From contig CM060731.1 of NCBI GenBank assembly GCA_030704615.1, forward strand, positions 2,790,001 to 2,854,000: a stretch of DNA of 64,000 nt, written 5' to 3'. This document shows, piece by piece, positions 29,690-44,575 of the stretch. Positions within the stretch are counted from its first letter, which is position 1. Every line of letters starts with the position of its first letter. Source of the DNA: Takakia lepidozioides (lineage: Eukaryota > Plantae > Bryophyta). Made by a program: the position numbers and the translations under genes. The notes under the pieces were generated by a model. It did not search any database and was not told where the DNA came from. It saw only the letters and a list, made by a program, of their open reading frames with translations.

Positions 29690-31014
29690 CTCTCTCTTTT
29701 CTTCCTCTGTCTCTCTGTCTATCTCTCGTAAGTGTCTGTAGGTCCCTTACCCTTCTGGCCCTCTCTGCCCCTGTCACTATCACTCTCAGAGAAAGCTACC
29801 TACTCCTCAACTCCGAGGTTCTAGATGCTTACAGCGAGTGCTTTTCCAGTCCTACATCAAGATCAACCCTCTCGTGAACTCCTAACTAGGCAAAGTCCCC
29901 AATCGCCCGTTTGAGTGCTCCAGTCTCCACAATTTCCATCCAGCATACGACGTGGGTGATGATAATGACTACTGTCTCTCTCAATCCCTTCCTCCGAAAA
30001 GATTGAAATCCTCTCTTCCCGTGTTTTTATCAGAAATATCTGTTCTGCGTTCTCTGACTCTTCCTTCGTAAACTAATCTATCTGTATCTCTATATAAGTT
30101 CTGCACGTATTCGTTGACTCTTGTCTCCTGTGTCTGCTTCAGAATCTGTTAGTTCGCAATCCCTGTCCCTGCACGTTCCTCTCAGTTGCTAAGTCTTTGA
30201 CCTGTACAGATATCGGCCCTCTCTCTCCAAGTCTGTGTCATCCAACAACAGCAGTCCAAGAAAATCACTGATCTTCTCTCGCTGCTGTCAAACGTCTCCT
30301 TCCACCTCATGTACCTCATTCATGAATCGTTCCTCGCCTGCATAACATAAAACCCTAGAACTCCCAATGATCACGCCAATCACAATCCACCCCCTCGCGT
30401 GACTAAACTTCAGTTTGCAGATCCGACTGGTGCTCGTGGCAGGTGCGCATAACTCAAACTTCCAAATCTGCAACAGATCACGTATGCCGTCTCCCTGCGG
30501 CTCTCTCAGAATAGAAAACCTGTTTCCAGCTAACCGATCTTGATCAACCGCCCTCCGAGCAAATAGGTGTTCACTCTGCACCTCTGCCAGTCTACCCAAT
30601 CTTTTCTCAAACAATCAAAAAATTGATGCATAAACTAAAACCCACATGCCTTCCAATCCATCAATTACTCCTGAACCGGATGACAACCCATCCGAATTGT
30701 GTTTGCTCACAAAAAATCCCTCCGTCGGTGGCAGGAGGAAGACGAGGCTGACACATTCAAGAATCAAAACCTAAAGGGTGCGACTATCACGCATGCGTAA
30801 GGTGCATCATGTTGTGCATCGTCCGCAAGAGATCATCTTCATCTGCGCATCCATCCGATGGCAGGTGGATGACAGGTGGATGAAAGCTATGGCTGCCGAG
30901 CTTTTGGAGGAGGTGGAAAGGGTGGTTACCAGATCCGTGTTTTTGATCAGTGAGGCGTGGCTGCCGCATTTCGGCTATCGGCAAGGTCGACAGAGACCGG
31001 CATGCGGCTGTGAG

Positions 31015-32568
31015 ATGGATGATGGCGGCAAGAAGAATGCATTTGTAGCAAGCACGCGAGAAAAATGGGAGTATAATCAGTATTGGTACTCGCCCCACAC
31101 TATCGCTGTTATGGCAAAGGTATCTTCTTTTGCTTACACTTGGAGCTGGATTCAGGAACTTACATTTCCGTGTTATGTCCCTGTGATTGAAGGAACAGTG
31201 AAGGGGTATTCCCAGCTCGCATTCCTTCACCTGCATAGATGGAATGTGAGATTTACCTCTTGCGCAATGCATGCCTGAGTGCGATTCCATGCGAGGCAGA
31301 AATTGAGAGATGACGAATGTCAGTAAGAATCGAATTCTGGGAAATTCTCTAAGGATCTTCTCTCTACTCCTAGACTGACGTTCTTGAACGCAACAAGAAA
31401 ATCCCAATCTGCAAAGTGATTCTTGTTGCACAGTTCCACTCATTTAGAGGCTACCTTGAGACTGTGCCCTTGTTTAAGACTGGTCATGTTTAAAATGAGA
31501 ATGTATTGAACTTGGGAAGAAGAGCTTTACCAGTGCTGGCCATCTGTTTTCGTTTTGTGTTTCGTTTTGTGAAAGCTGTTGATATTGGACCTCCAATCAC
31601 AATACCTAATACCTTCTCAAAATCTTCAGTAGTCAACTGCCGAAATGTCCCTGAAGTTTGTGAGTGGTGGATGGCTTCATCACTTCCAATGTTGATGATC
31701 TAGGAAGTCGGAACACCGCGGACACATTGAACATTGAACAGGCAGTCGGCTTTGAGTGTTCTGCTTGATGCCATATTGCTGGGGCCATGGCACAGGAGAT
31801 AGAGGAGCATGCGACCAAAGTGGCATTCTTGTCGACCCCAAGTGTTTGGTTCTCTCTCAAGAGTGGGGAGCTCAAACAGTGCAGCTTCTTTTTTGATGTA
31901 AGCCATCAAGCAGAAGCATTGCTAGCAACTGCAGATACCTCAGCATTGGTGTCTTCCAAACTGTTTGCATTCCAACCACCACATAAGTCGTTCCTTCTTT
32001 TGTCAAGAGATGTCACATATTGAATTCTCAAATATGAGGATCCACTCTTTACTTGCTGCCACAGGTGGATGTGCAGTGGGCCAGGTTCCCCAACTTCGTG
32101 AAGTGGGATTACAACCAGCCTGAGGAGATTGATCCAAAGATGCACCACGCATTTGATTGCGTGGTGATTGATCCCCCCTTCATCACACCTGAGGTGTGGG
32201 CCAAGTATGCAGAGGCAGCACAACTTTTACTCAGTGATGGAGGTCAGTGCCTTCTGCTATATCATACCAGTGCCCCTGCAATGTACATGTGTGTGACACT
32301 GAATGTACTTGTCATGATGTTTCATATCCACAACTTAAGCTGTTGCCTCTACCATTCAGAGAGAGAAGAGATTGAAAATGTAGGATGGGACGATGCAGGG
32401 AAGATTATATTGAGCACAATTCGGGAGAATGCAGGGCTGTTGAAGCAAATATTGCAGGTGGAGCCACAAGTGTTTCAGCCCTCTATTCCTCACTTAGTGT
32501 ACCAGTATGCCTTCTTCACAAACTATCCTTCCACTTATTTCTCTTCCCCCAATCCTGAAATATCCTAG
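31015..32568 (+). CDS. EEF1AKMT1: EEF1A lysine methyltransferase 1 (N6AMT2/Efm5 family)-like, 4 exons
   Basis: EKWEYNQYWYSPHT (exon 31015-31119), VAFLSTPSV (~31796-31897), FVKWDYNQP..FDCVVIDPPFI (DPPF motif, ~32065-32242), IILST..FQPSIPHL..FFTNY (~32399-32568); GT-AG junctions keep the frame. Confidence 0.8.
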
Positions 32569-33529
32569 TTTAGAATGATTTTGTAGGTAGCCTCATGGCA
32601 GCTCCAGATGTTATTCCAACAGTTACAGAAGGCAATTTTTTCAAAGAATTTCGGATTGCATACCATATCCTCATACTGTTTGCTTTGTATGAGTTGTGGA
32701 TGTACAATTCAAGGTTACATGTGCTTGCCAACTTGCACAGCACACAAACTAGCAGCCCAAGTGTCTGTGGAAAGGGTATTACATACAAAAGTGTTGAGAC
32801 TGACCTCAAATCGAAGAAGACACTTCCCATTGCGAGCCAGCAAGAGCTTGGCAAAGTCATCATATATTGCCAAATAAAACCTCTGAAACACAATCTGAGC
32901 AAGGGACACGCCTTAATCTTGAAACTGTGTTGAAGACGCAATTGATGTTAAGTACTGTTTGGACATCAAAAATTGCTAGAAAGTGCGCTTGAAAGCTGCT
33001 GTTCGCCTGTCATGTGACTTACAGTAAAAGTGCTAGCCAATGGCAAGCTTCCAGTGGTCAATAATAATGTTCTGAGGAATCCAGTGTGGCAAACCAGTCC
33101 AACACCAAATACATTGCAAGGTAACTTGCAAGGTACCTGGGAAAAACAGTATGAGAAGCTGTATGTGTAACATATGGTACATACCCATTGTAGGTATTCC
33201 AATCTGTTTGCAAGCCAACCACTTCAATTCCTTCTAACTCAATGCCTGTGATTTTCACACCTAAAATTCTTGGCCTCTGCAAGTTGGGCAGGGACACTGG
33301 GAACTGGAAGAAAAAGGCCACCTGTCTCTCTCAAAGGTGGTGGAACGAATGAAAGGTGCCAAAAACAGGGTGCAACTGGACCTGTCCACCTAAAAAACAA
33401 ATCACAGCTCCCTTGCAGTGTGGAAGGTAGGCGACATATACCATTGGCTTAGCCTGGGTATGGGCCACTGAAATCTAGGATTCTTGATACTGGTCTAATA
33501 TTGAGTACTAAAGATTATACTGCAGAATA

Positions 33530-35520
<1,991 letters not shown>

Positions 35521-38379
35521 TGCGAACAGTACTGACAGATCCACTGAGCAGAAGAACATGCAGCAAACTCTGGTTTTTGGTTACAGACTCCTGTCCAGAG
35601 ATGTAATCAAACCAAGGAAAAGGTCATGAGTGCTGTCATTCCATGAAACAATAATCCACTTGATAATTGGGAAGATAATCCTTGAATTCACAAGTCTCCA
35701 TTAGAAGCTCAACAAGTCAACCATCCTTTCAAATTTTCGAAGGAGTCTAAAACTCGAACTTGGTGTAAATCTCGCTGCCGATGTCATCGTTCCCCTCAAC
35801 CATTGCAGTCGTATTCAGACCTCAGTAACAAGATTCTCAGAGCTGAAGCCCTACACGAAGGACACCCTCTTTAGTGTCGTCTTGCAAGTCTTCCGGTTAG
35901 TCTGTGCAAAGTGCACATCGAGACCAAGACGCAAGGTAGAAGGACCTCTCCTTTCGGATAACTGCACATACACAATTAACCAGGACTCATCAAAAAAGTG
36001 CTCTACTAGCATGCAGAGGCAGTATACCAGCAGGAATTTTCAAAATTCAGCGGTTCAGTTCACAAAATGGTCTGCCTCGAAGTAGCCTGAAACGAAGAGC
36101 CCACTAGATGAGGCACAAAGCGGTTTGGCACATCTCATTTGATCAGCTTCTGTCAAACACATGAAGAAGCCACTTGCCAGAGAGCAGGATGTGACCAGAA
36201 TCTTGTTCACATCGACAAGCACCTGTATGGAAACCTACAGCAACAAGCTGCTCAAGACGTCTATCCACACAATATGCTACTTACACATCCTACATTTCCT
36301 GGACCCTCCAGAGCACCAAAGAAGAACGAATTGCTCAAGTACCTTTGCGGGGCTCTCTACATTGGTCTCTTAGGCATGTAGGCAGATAATCTATGGCATA
36401 TTAGCAATGCATCCATCCTCTGTTACGAATCCGAGGCAGAATACTATGCACAGCCAGGTACGATCCATAACCAGCCACCGTGTAGGTCAGATTTTCAGGC
36501 CAGAGATGTACATTAGGCAAGCTTGCAATAGAAACTGAAGTCTACCTCTGCCGTTCAACTTTAGATAGCCGAGCAGATCCTCCCATCTTTGATACTTGTA
36601 GGAAGATTATGCTTGAGCTAACGATGAATCACGCCATTGCCACTTACGCACACATCCTTACTAGCACGCAGTCAGACCTCGGAATTTTTCTCACGACAAC
36701 ACCTTAGAGCTCCTACATTAGATCCGCTTATTCAACTCTACAAAATAATGGTTGAGTGGAACAGCTAAAGGTGACTATGCAGTCGGGCTCTAACACGGAC
36801 ATTTCCCTCTACCTCTGGAACGAGGGATAGACGCGCCACTTAGGAGCTATACTAAAAGGTTCTGAGAGAAGACCAGTGCCGAATATTACAAGGATCGGCC
36901 AATGCCAGTGTACCATATACGCCCCTCAGCATGCTCAGAAATGTGAACATTCCTGCTGATTCCAACTAGTTCAGGCACGAAAATTGCATTATCAGCTTGA
37001 GACAGAAGTCGTAAGAGGCACTCACTCTGACCCGCTGCGGGTGCTTTCCATCAACAAGCCTCCTTCCCTTCGCCTTCCATCACCTGCTTTCAACAAATCC
37101 TTCAAGCTTCCCCCTCCCACATCTGCTCCAGGACTAAACAAAAGAGATATTCTGAAAAGTCAGCTCCCCAACCACTTCAACGGCAACTCAGGCCTGATAA
37201 AAGTTGCACGGCCTGAAGACGAGCAACTCAGTAGCCTAACCGCTTCCACTTCCTTCCTGCAACGCCCTCCCCTCTGACTCCCCCCGATGTGGACTCCACC
37301 ACAAACAAGAGCAGGCGGAGGTCCACACAGAACGGTGGTGGTGAGAGCGGGGATAGAAGAAACAGTTCCAGATCAAGATGCTCTCGTCAGGAAGCGTAAC
37401 AACCCCGATGACTAGGCCAGGAAATGTGCAGAGGACACATCAGCCGGCCTGACAAACGGACAAGTGCTCTGCGAGAGCAAAGCGCAAAGACCACGGAGGC
37501 GATCGAGCGACACAGACAACAAACAGACTGCCTGCCTCACACTTCCGCAACCACCCTCCCCCCCACGCCACCCTTTTACCGCGCCCCGCCAATATTCTTA
37601 CTGCGGTACAAACTCTCGCGGCACTACGACACCGACATTCAATGCGCGCTTTTCGCTGCGATCCTCGGCGTTATTTACCCCCGGTTAAACCGGACCACCG
37701 CAAAGCGTGCCATTTATGTGCAGCTTTTAATTACTGCCCTAACCCTCGCTTATCTCCGCATTCATTTCCTTAACCGCATCGTTAACGCCTAACCTCTTCA
37801 TTACCCCCCCCTCTTCCTCAATCCTCTGCATATCCCGAGGACGATGCGTTTGACTACTCCTTCTCACGACTCACCCCCTTGCTTTACTAGTAACTCACTA
37901 GTGTAGGTACTTACGTGGCGCTAAATAAAGATTAATTTAAGATAATAAAAATAATTAAATTGATTATTGGGAGATTGGTTAGTAGATTGGGAGTACAATC
38001 CACCATCATCTCTTACTCTCTCTACGTTCAGTACATTTATTTCGACGGGAGTACAACATCACCTGTTTCTGCTTTTTTTTTGTTTTTTCTTAAAGGACAC
38101 AGGACAGACGCCCAATAATCACATTCAAGGGACGACACAATTAAGTTACCTCCGACTCAGTCCGAGAACCCTGTTCTGTAAATATAAATAAATTTAAAAA
38201 AAACAAAAAGTCCGAGAACCATACACCGTTAAACTTTTTTAAGAATAAAACCATAAGAACCATTGTTTTGGAGACCCACAGGGCAATTTTTATTTTTCTC
38301 AATTTTACTATGGAAGGGAAAAAAAGAACCCTCGATAAGCGATGGAGGCAGAATTCTGCAGCGTTTTCGTTCTCTGTCC

Positions 38380-39752
38380 TTTTTTTTAAGGAAACCTGGG
38401 AGCGACAGCCCACAATTCAGGCCCTTGAGGCAGCGTTTCTTTTAAGGTATTTACATTGTAGCACAAGTGGCATCATTAGAACCTTAGAGGAGCATGTCTG
38501 GCGCTTGTACAAAATGCGTAGTGGAAATGGCTGGCGATAATATGAGATTTTGAATGGGTATTGGGCGAATGAACCTAAAACCTAGTAGACTTGTTGAGGC
38601 CAATAACCCAGGAGGGTTTAGGCATCATTGGAGACTAGGCAGAAATTATGCCAAACACCACCAAAAAATTTAAACCACCATTCATAAGTAGAAAATCTTA
38701 AATTGGCTTATATTGCATTTCAGTCAATCTACACTAAGTGGCATATTTGAACCCTGGCCCTTGCCTAATGCTACATGGCACATAGATAAGAAGTATCAAT
38801 GTTTGCTCTCTTTAATCGCAGCCTTGAGTGATTACTGATACTAACATAAAGTGCATACGAAAGCACGCTCTGCAACTTGCAAGCAGCCCTAAGGCCTAAA
38901 GAGAGGAGAGGAAAAAAATGAAAGAAGGAAGATGTGTGTTTTAGGTTTTTTTTTTTTTTTTTTTGGTCCCCTAAACTTGCTGACATGTGTCCTTTCATCC
39001 CAAAAATAATGAATAAATGACATTCTCATTCCGTTTTTGTAACCCTCTGCCACCCTTTTGATTATCATCCTCCTCTGCAGTCACCCTTTTGCCCTCCTCC
39101 GCGGCCACCTTTTTCATATTTAAGAACTTTATCATCCAAACCAGGTTGCTTTCAAAAAAACATTGAGGTGATAGGGTTTGAACACCTCGATTGGCTAGGA
39201 AGGAAGATCTCTACTACTAAGCTACCCATACACATGTTATAATAACCTGACTACAAAATCTATCTATCCAGATTATACTATACTTACCCATATATATATA
39301 TATGTACAAAAATGGGCAACATAGCTGGCTCCACGTCCTCCCGCGCACTCGGAATGCGGCGATGTCCTGCACGTGGTCCGTGGCATCTGCCTGTAAACTG
39401 GCTTCACTCAATATGGCGCCATGTGCCTCCCTGTGGCGGCCCCTCTAGCGAATGGTGGGCCCATCAGATCAGCTTTTGGCGAAAAGTGATGATTTTTCAG
39501 CCTCATTTCCCTTTACCCTTGTCGCCAAGTCCGGCACGAGGTCGAAATCTGGCGATTATTCGCCACTAAAAGAATGGCTGCCTTGAGGAGGGGGAAAAAC
39601 ACTTAACCCCCGTTCATTTATGGGCCATGGTGGCACACAGGAGGAACAAGGAGGCCACGAACAATCCACACACGGGGCAGAGCAGCGGGTTTGAACCGCG
39701 AACCACCAAGGCGACACATTGTGCACTTACCAGCTGAGCTACCAGCCGATGT
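38380..39752 (-). mobile_element. tRNA-derived SINE split in two (39752-39581 and 38430-38380) by a hAT insertion
   Basis: Minus-strand head ACATCGGCTGGTAGCTCAGCTGG..GGTTCAAACCC (A and B boxes). The tail CCTCAAGGGCCTGAATTGTGGGCTGTCGCTCCCAGGTTTCC plus an A-run matches the uninterrupted copy at 63207-63437. Confidence 0.85.
38431..39580. mobile_element. Non-autonomous hAT-type element, 1150 bp
   Basis: TIRs CAGCGTTTCTTTTA and (reverse complement) CAGCCATTCTTTTA match 12/14. Perfect 8-bp TSD CCTTGAGG at 38423-38430 and 39581-39588. The right terminus resembles the left end of the 15664 MITE. Confidence 0.88.
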
Positions 39753-40010
39753 CACTCCGTTTTATTTTCTGGCGAATTTTCGCAATTTTCGACCTCAAAA
39801 ACGTAAAATAAAATTTTCTGTCAAATGGATGAAATCTCCAAATTTCTCTAAATAAGACATTATTCATGGATGAATTCGCGACAAATGGATGAAATAAATG
39901 GATGAAAGTACAGAGGAGGATGATTCTATCCTAATTTCAAGGGATGAACAGAAAATATGGCTATTTCCTGCAAACCTTAGTAGCCACTCGTGCTAGTTGC
40001 GAAATTTAAA
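39753..40010 (+). mobile_element. Degenerate copy of the 15664-15933 MITE family
   Basis: Colinear blocks ggcgaattttcgc..gacctcaaaa..atggatgaaatctccaaatttctc..tcatggatgaattcgc..aaagtacagagg..tagccactcgtgct. Termini are eroded. Confidence 0.75.
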
Positions 40011-40554
40011 AAGGGCAGGAGTTGGGAAGGGATCCCAGTTACTCAAATTAGAACGAAGAAAGTTTTAATAATTCAAACATTTATAAATTATATAATTATC
40101 ATTATTTTTTGTGGCAAATCTACGCCCACATGATCGGATATAATATGTGAGACCCATAATAATAGAATGGAGTGTTCTTAGTCTAATAATGCCATCATTG
40201 AATGCTAAGCTATTTTACCGGCCAGGGCCTCCCTCCCCTGTTCTCTTAAAAACAATTAAATAGAAAACTGGTTTTATTTTTATTTTTTAATGAAAAGGAC
40301 CAAAGTGGTAATTCAGGTCACATGAATAAAATAAATCAGGAAAAGGTGATGGTAATAAACATAGAATCTGGAGCCCTAATCCTGCACTATTATGGTTAGT
40401 CATGATGATAAAATATAATCATTTGGTCCACAGCAATCCAGAATAATCTTTGGAAGCAGATGTTATATGACACTAAGTTATTATATTGCCACATATATCA
40501 TGATGAGGATTGCTTGCCCATTATGAGTAACTGTGCCACCCTCTTATATATTTA

Positions 40555-40576
40555 TATTATTATTATTATTATTATT
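40555..40576. repeat. (ATT)n microsatellite
   Basis: About seven ATT units. Confidence 0.85.
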
Positions 40577-43500
40577 TTACCCAATTGACTGGATAAATGT
40601 TACTAAGCTCCCCTATTCGAAGAACAATTTTTCCTAAAACAATCTTAAGCTCTTGGGTAAATTAACATATAGAGCAAGATAACACAATTCCCTTTATTTT
40701 TTAATTAAAAAATCCACAATAACAAAACTATTCCAGCTCCTGTTTCTGTTGTGATATGGGTCTATTTTGTATCAAATCCATGAAGGGGCCAGTTCCATTT
40801 AGGATGTCTATAAACATCATAACTGAATGGGCTACTGAAAATATTGCTTTCTAACATGAGCATGCATTGCAAGAATGCGTCGGCCCATCGAGAATTATTG
40901 AAGTTTGCTAATCAAACTCATTGAATCACTGAATAACTTATTCTAAAAATGCATTAATGTTTCTCAAAGCAGCTTCTTCTCTCTCAAAATTAATGTGACA
41001 ATTGCGAGGCTGCACATTGAGTTGGAGAGCTAACTTATATGTGTGTCTTGGCGGAGGAAGGGTCGAGTTGATTATCTCATCATCCGGTAGGCCGAGTACG
41101 AACGATTTTTAGAACGATTCCAATCAAGAACGGCCTCAAAATGCGAACGTTCGCAGTTCATGATCCTTCCTAAAGCGCAAAGACTATAGACAAGGAGCTA
41201 CTCTAATGCAGTTTATCAAATCTTTATCCAACTTGAAACCCCACTTATTTGAAGTAGAATATAAGGAAGTAGGAAAAATAACATAATGGAGCAAAATAAC
41301 CATTAAATTGATCTATCTAGGTTTGACTGCTGATTCACTAATGTTCTTTCCAATGGCAAGTGAAATGGGGTAGTCAAGCTCAGCACTAATCTCGTGTTGG
41401 TCATGAGAAAGTTCTGAGAAAGTTTTGCATTACACAGTTTCTAAGTATAACAGATATAAGCTTAAAGTTAGACAACATAGTCATACTTGGAAGCCTGATT
41501 CTAGGGATTGAAGAGGACAGTGAGAGAGACCAGTTCAACTTTAGTTATTAGGTAGCGGAAGAATGGTGGCGTGAGTTTAGTGTGTCTATCTCTGAGGTCA
41601 ATGTCAGATGCAAATCTTGACAATCTGCAGCAAGAGCAGATCTTGAATATACTTGCACTTTTGTTTATTGTTTGTAGCCACAAGTGGACTCCATCAGCGG
41701 AGGGTATAGTACCAACCATGGGGGCAGGTGGGTGTTAAATCTTAAAAAAGAGAGTACCATCGAGAAACCTCAACAACCATCATCATCAGCTTGCGGCTTT
41801 TGATGTTTGGGTGTGTGGGGTGCTTGGATTTTAGCAGCCCAGACGAAGGTTAGGTAGGTACTGGTAACTGGGTTGGTTTTGAAGATGATGGGCTTGGTGG
41901 TTTTATGAGGGAGAAGAAAGGAGAGTGATGGATGCTGGCGACAAGGGCAGATCTTGAGAAATTTGGTGGGGAGGCAACAACGCGATCCTCGCCGGCTACA
42001 CTGGGCAGGTGCCTGGCAACCATCTCTGACAACTCTGACACCTTTGTGTCCTAGTCACCTTCACTGCTGGTGTGGGCATGGAGCTTGAAGGAAGGTTTTA
42101 GTTAGTTTTCCTGACATAGTCTGGGTGTGTGGGGTCTGGAGCTTGTCTGTGGCCACCACCTGGCGCCCACCGGCCTGTTTTAAGAGCGACTCATGGCTAG
42201 CTACTTGAAGGAAAAGGAAGCGAGTTCGGCTCTTTATGTGGGTTGACATTTATACTCTCTTTGTGTTATGTAGCTATGGCTGACAAACGCGTGTACTCAG
42301 TATGAGCCTGGAGTTTGTCTCCTCCAACTGCAGGGAAAGTTCAAAGCAGCCCTGTCATGATCCCAATCTACTCATGGGTCCAGGAAGTTTGATGAACTTT
42401 GCATTCATATAGGCATTGATCTCTCTCTCCGCCCTTACGTTGCCGATGGCTGACACCCACCTCAGCAGCCTGGAGCTTGTCTCCGGCGCCCAACTGCTCC
42501 AAAAGCTGCTCTGTCAACTCATTCTAATCATGCAATACTTTCATGTTCCCATGGATCAAAGCAGTGCAGCTCTTTAAATGGATTGATGAACCGTGGAAAC
42601 TAATCCATGCAGTCTGTCATCAGCTCAATCTACTTGAGTTCGGCCACAGATATCATCAAATGATAGCCTCACTATTCCTTGTGACAAAACCCATGCAGTT
42701 TGAACGCTCACCATGCAGACTCACAATATTGTCTAATTTGGCGGCTTCTCTTCACTCCCCGGCTTTTACAACTCTAACCTCTCCTTCCAATTCCATCAAT
42801 TTCTTCCAGCAAAATCATACCTACTGGGTTGTAAAGATGAAGAGCGTCCATATCATTCACCTCCCTGTCTGTCCATCCATCACAGGTACCAACTTACTAC
42901 TCATGGTTGCACATATCGGTAACCAGCTGCTGGCTCCAAGTTTGAATGGATCGAGTGATGCAACTGCAAGTCACTCGAAGGTCAGGTCTGACATCACTCA
43001 CGTCAAATCCAGTCAAGTGCCGTCACATGTCATCGAGGTACCTTACTGTGGCTGCTGTTTTAACTGTTCATTCCAAGCATTTATGAAAGGCTTGTGCATC
43101 AGTCCCTATAAGTCGGTGACCTGCCTTGCACACATACCAATGTTGCCTCAGATTCTTCAAGCCCTTTCCGTAAACAATCCTCCACTCATCTCATCTTACC
43201 CTTGAGATGAGAACGACGACAGTAATTTTGACGACACTACAAAAATTAGGAAACACCTACCCACTTCCCAATTGTCAGAAGCAACAGGGAAACGCGAAAG
43301 TCAAGATCGAAGCAATCCAATCCAGTCTAAATTTTGGCTTTGATTCCCATTCAACGCGAAAACCAAAGCTCGAGAAAGACTACGCCATCCCAATCTTTTG
43401 ATCGTGCTGGGTTGCCCCACTACAAACAAAAACCCAAGGCAGGAATTCTTGCTACCTTTTGCACTTCGATACCATGAGTTTGCCTTGTAGCCTCCAACGG

Positions 43501-44575
43501 CTGAGTTTTATCTATCATCAACTTCCCCCTCCCGAGTGATGCCAAAACATCTGCAGCATCATTCCTGCGTAGCTATACTACGTCAAGTCAACGGACTTCC
43601 ATTGACATATGCGTTTTCTATCAGAGATGGACTTGAGACTAGTTGCGCAGATCAGATCGGAATCGCGAGCAAGTCGGAGAGTGATGTAAGCAAACCCAAT
43701 CTGTGCCCCATGGAGAAATTCCTTTGAGATATGGAAGCTGGTACAGGGGGTGGCAAAAGCGTTGAGGCGTCTGGAGTCTGGACCCACGGAATCGCTGTCC
43801 GATATTGTATGGGCCCACCAATACACCTCTGTATCCAGCATCAGTCTTCCAATTAAAAGTAAGTAACACTATTAAGTGTATTTATGTAGAAAATATACGT
43901 ATACTCCAACACACAGAACAGTCAAACGGTCATTCAAAGTAGCACCAACCCTGCAAAAGAAGAATTACAAGGAATGACTCTGCTGCTGTGGGTTGGGTTT
44001 TCGAGGGTCTTCAGTCATTGACAAGAAACAAAAGCCTTCTTGTGCCCAGGTGCTTGATAGCTTTGCAGGTAACCCCCAAAACCCATCTCAAGAATCAGAG
44101 GGATGATACTGCATCAAATCACTAGTTTCTGTAGTCAATCCTCATAAACAAACATGGGGCAGCACAGCTGCAAAGCAACAGCGGAAATTGATTTGCAAAC
44201 TCTCCGGAGTGTGTATTCTCACTTATTTCTCAAGTCTTGGCATGTTTCTCTCACCTGGCAAAACTTGTTACTCTAACTACATAAATTAGTTATCTAGCTT
44301 CCTGGGTAAAGAAGAACAGGATGATCTAGAGGACAAGACAATTTGAAGATCAGTGTGAAAATCATCTGACTGCTAGGTGGCCGTGACAGCAGTAACTCTT
44401 AGTTTGCTCGGCTTGTTTGGGTAAGATCCCATCTGATACATTGCGTGGTCTTGACGCATAGAAGTACATTAGACTGGAACTTGCGAGGCTGGTAATTGCA
44501 CGAAGTAGGGCAAAAAGAGTGCCTCGCAGCTAGCTCGGTGAGATAAGCCCCAACGCCTCTGAACTAAACTACAAA

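Noticed and set aside
42543-43205. 220-aa ORF and surrounding coding-like DNA (41700-43850)
   Set aside because: No recognisable motif on either strand and the opposite strand is full of stops. It may be a decayed transposon, but I cannot support a call without a TBLASTX/HMM search.
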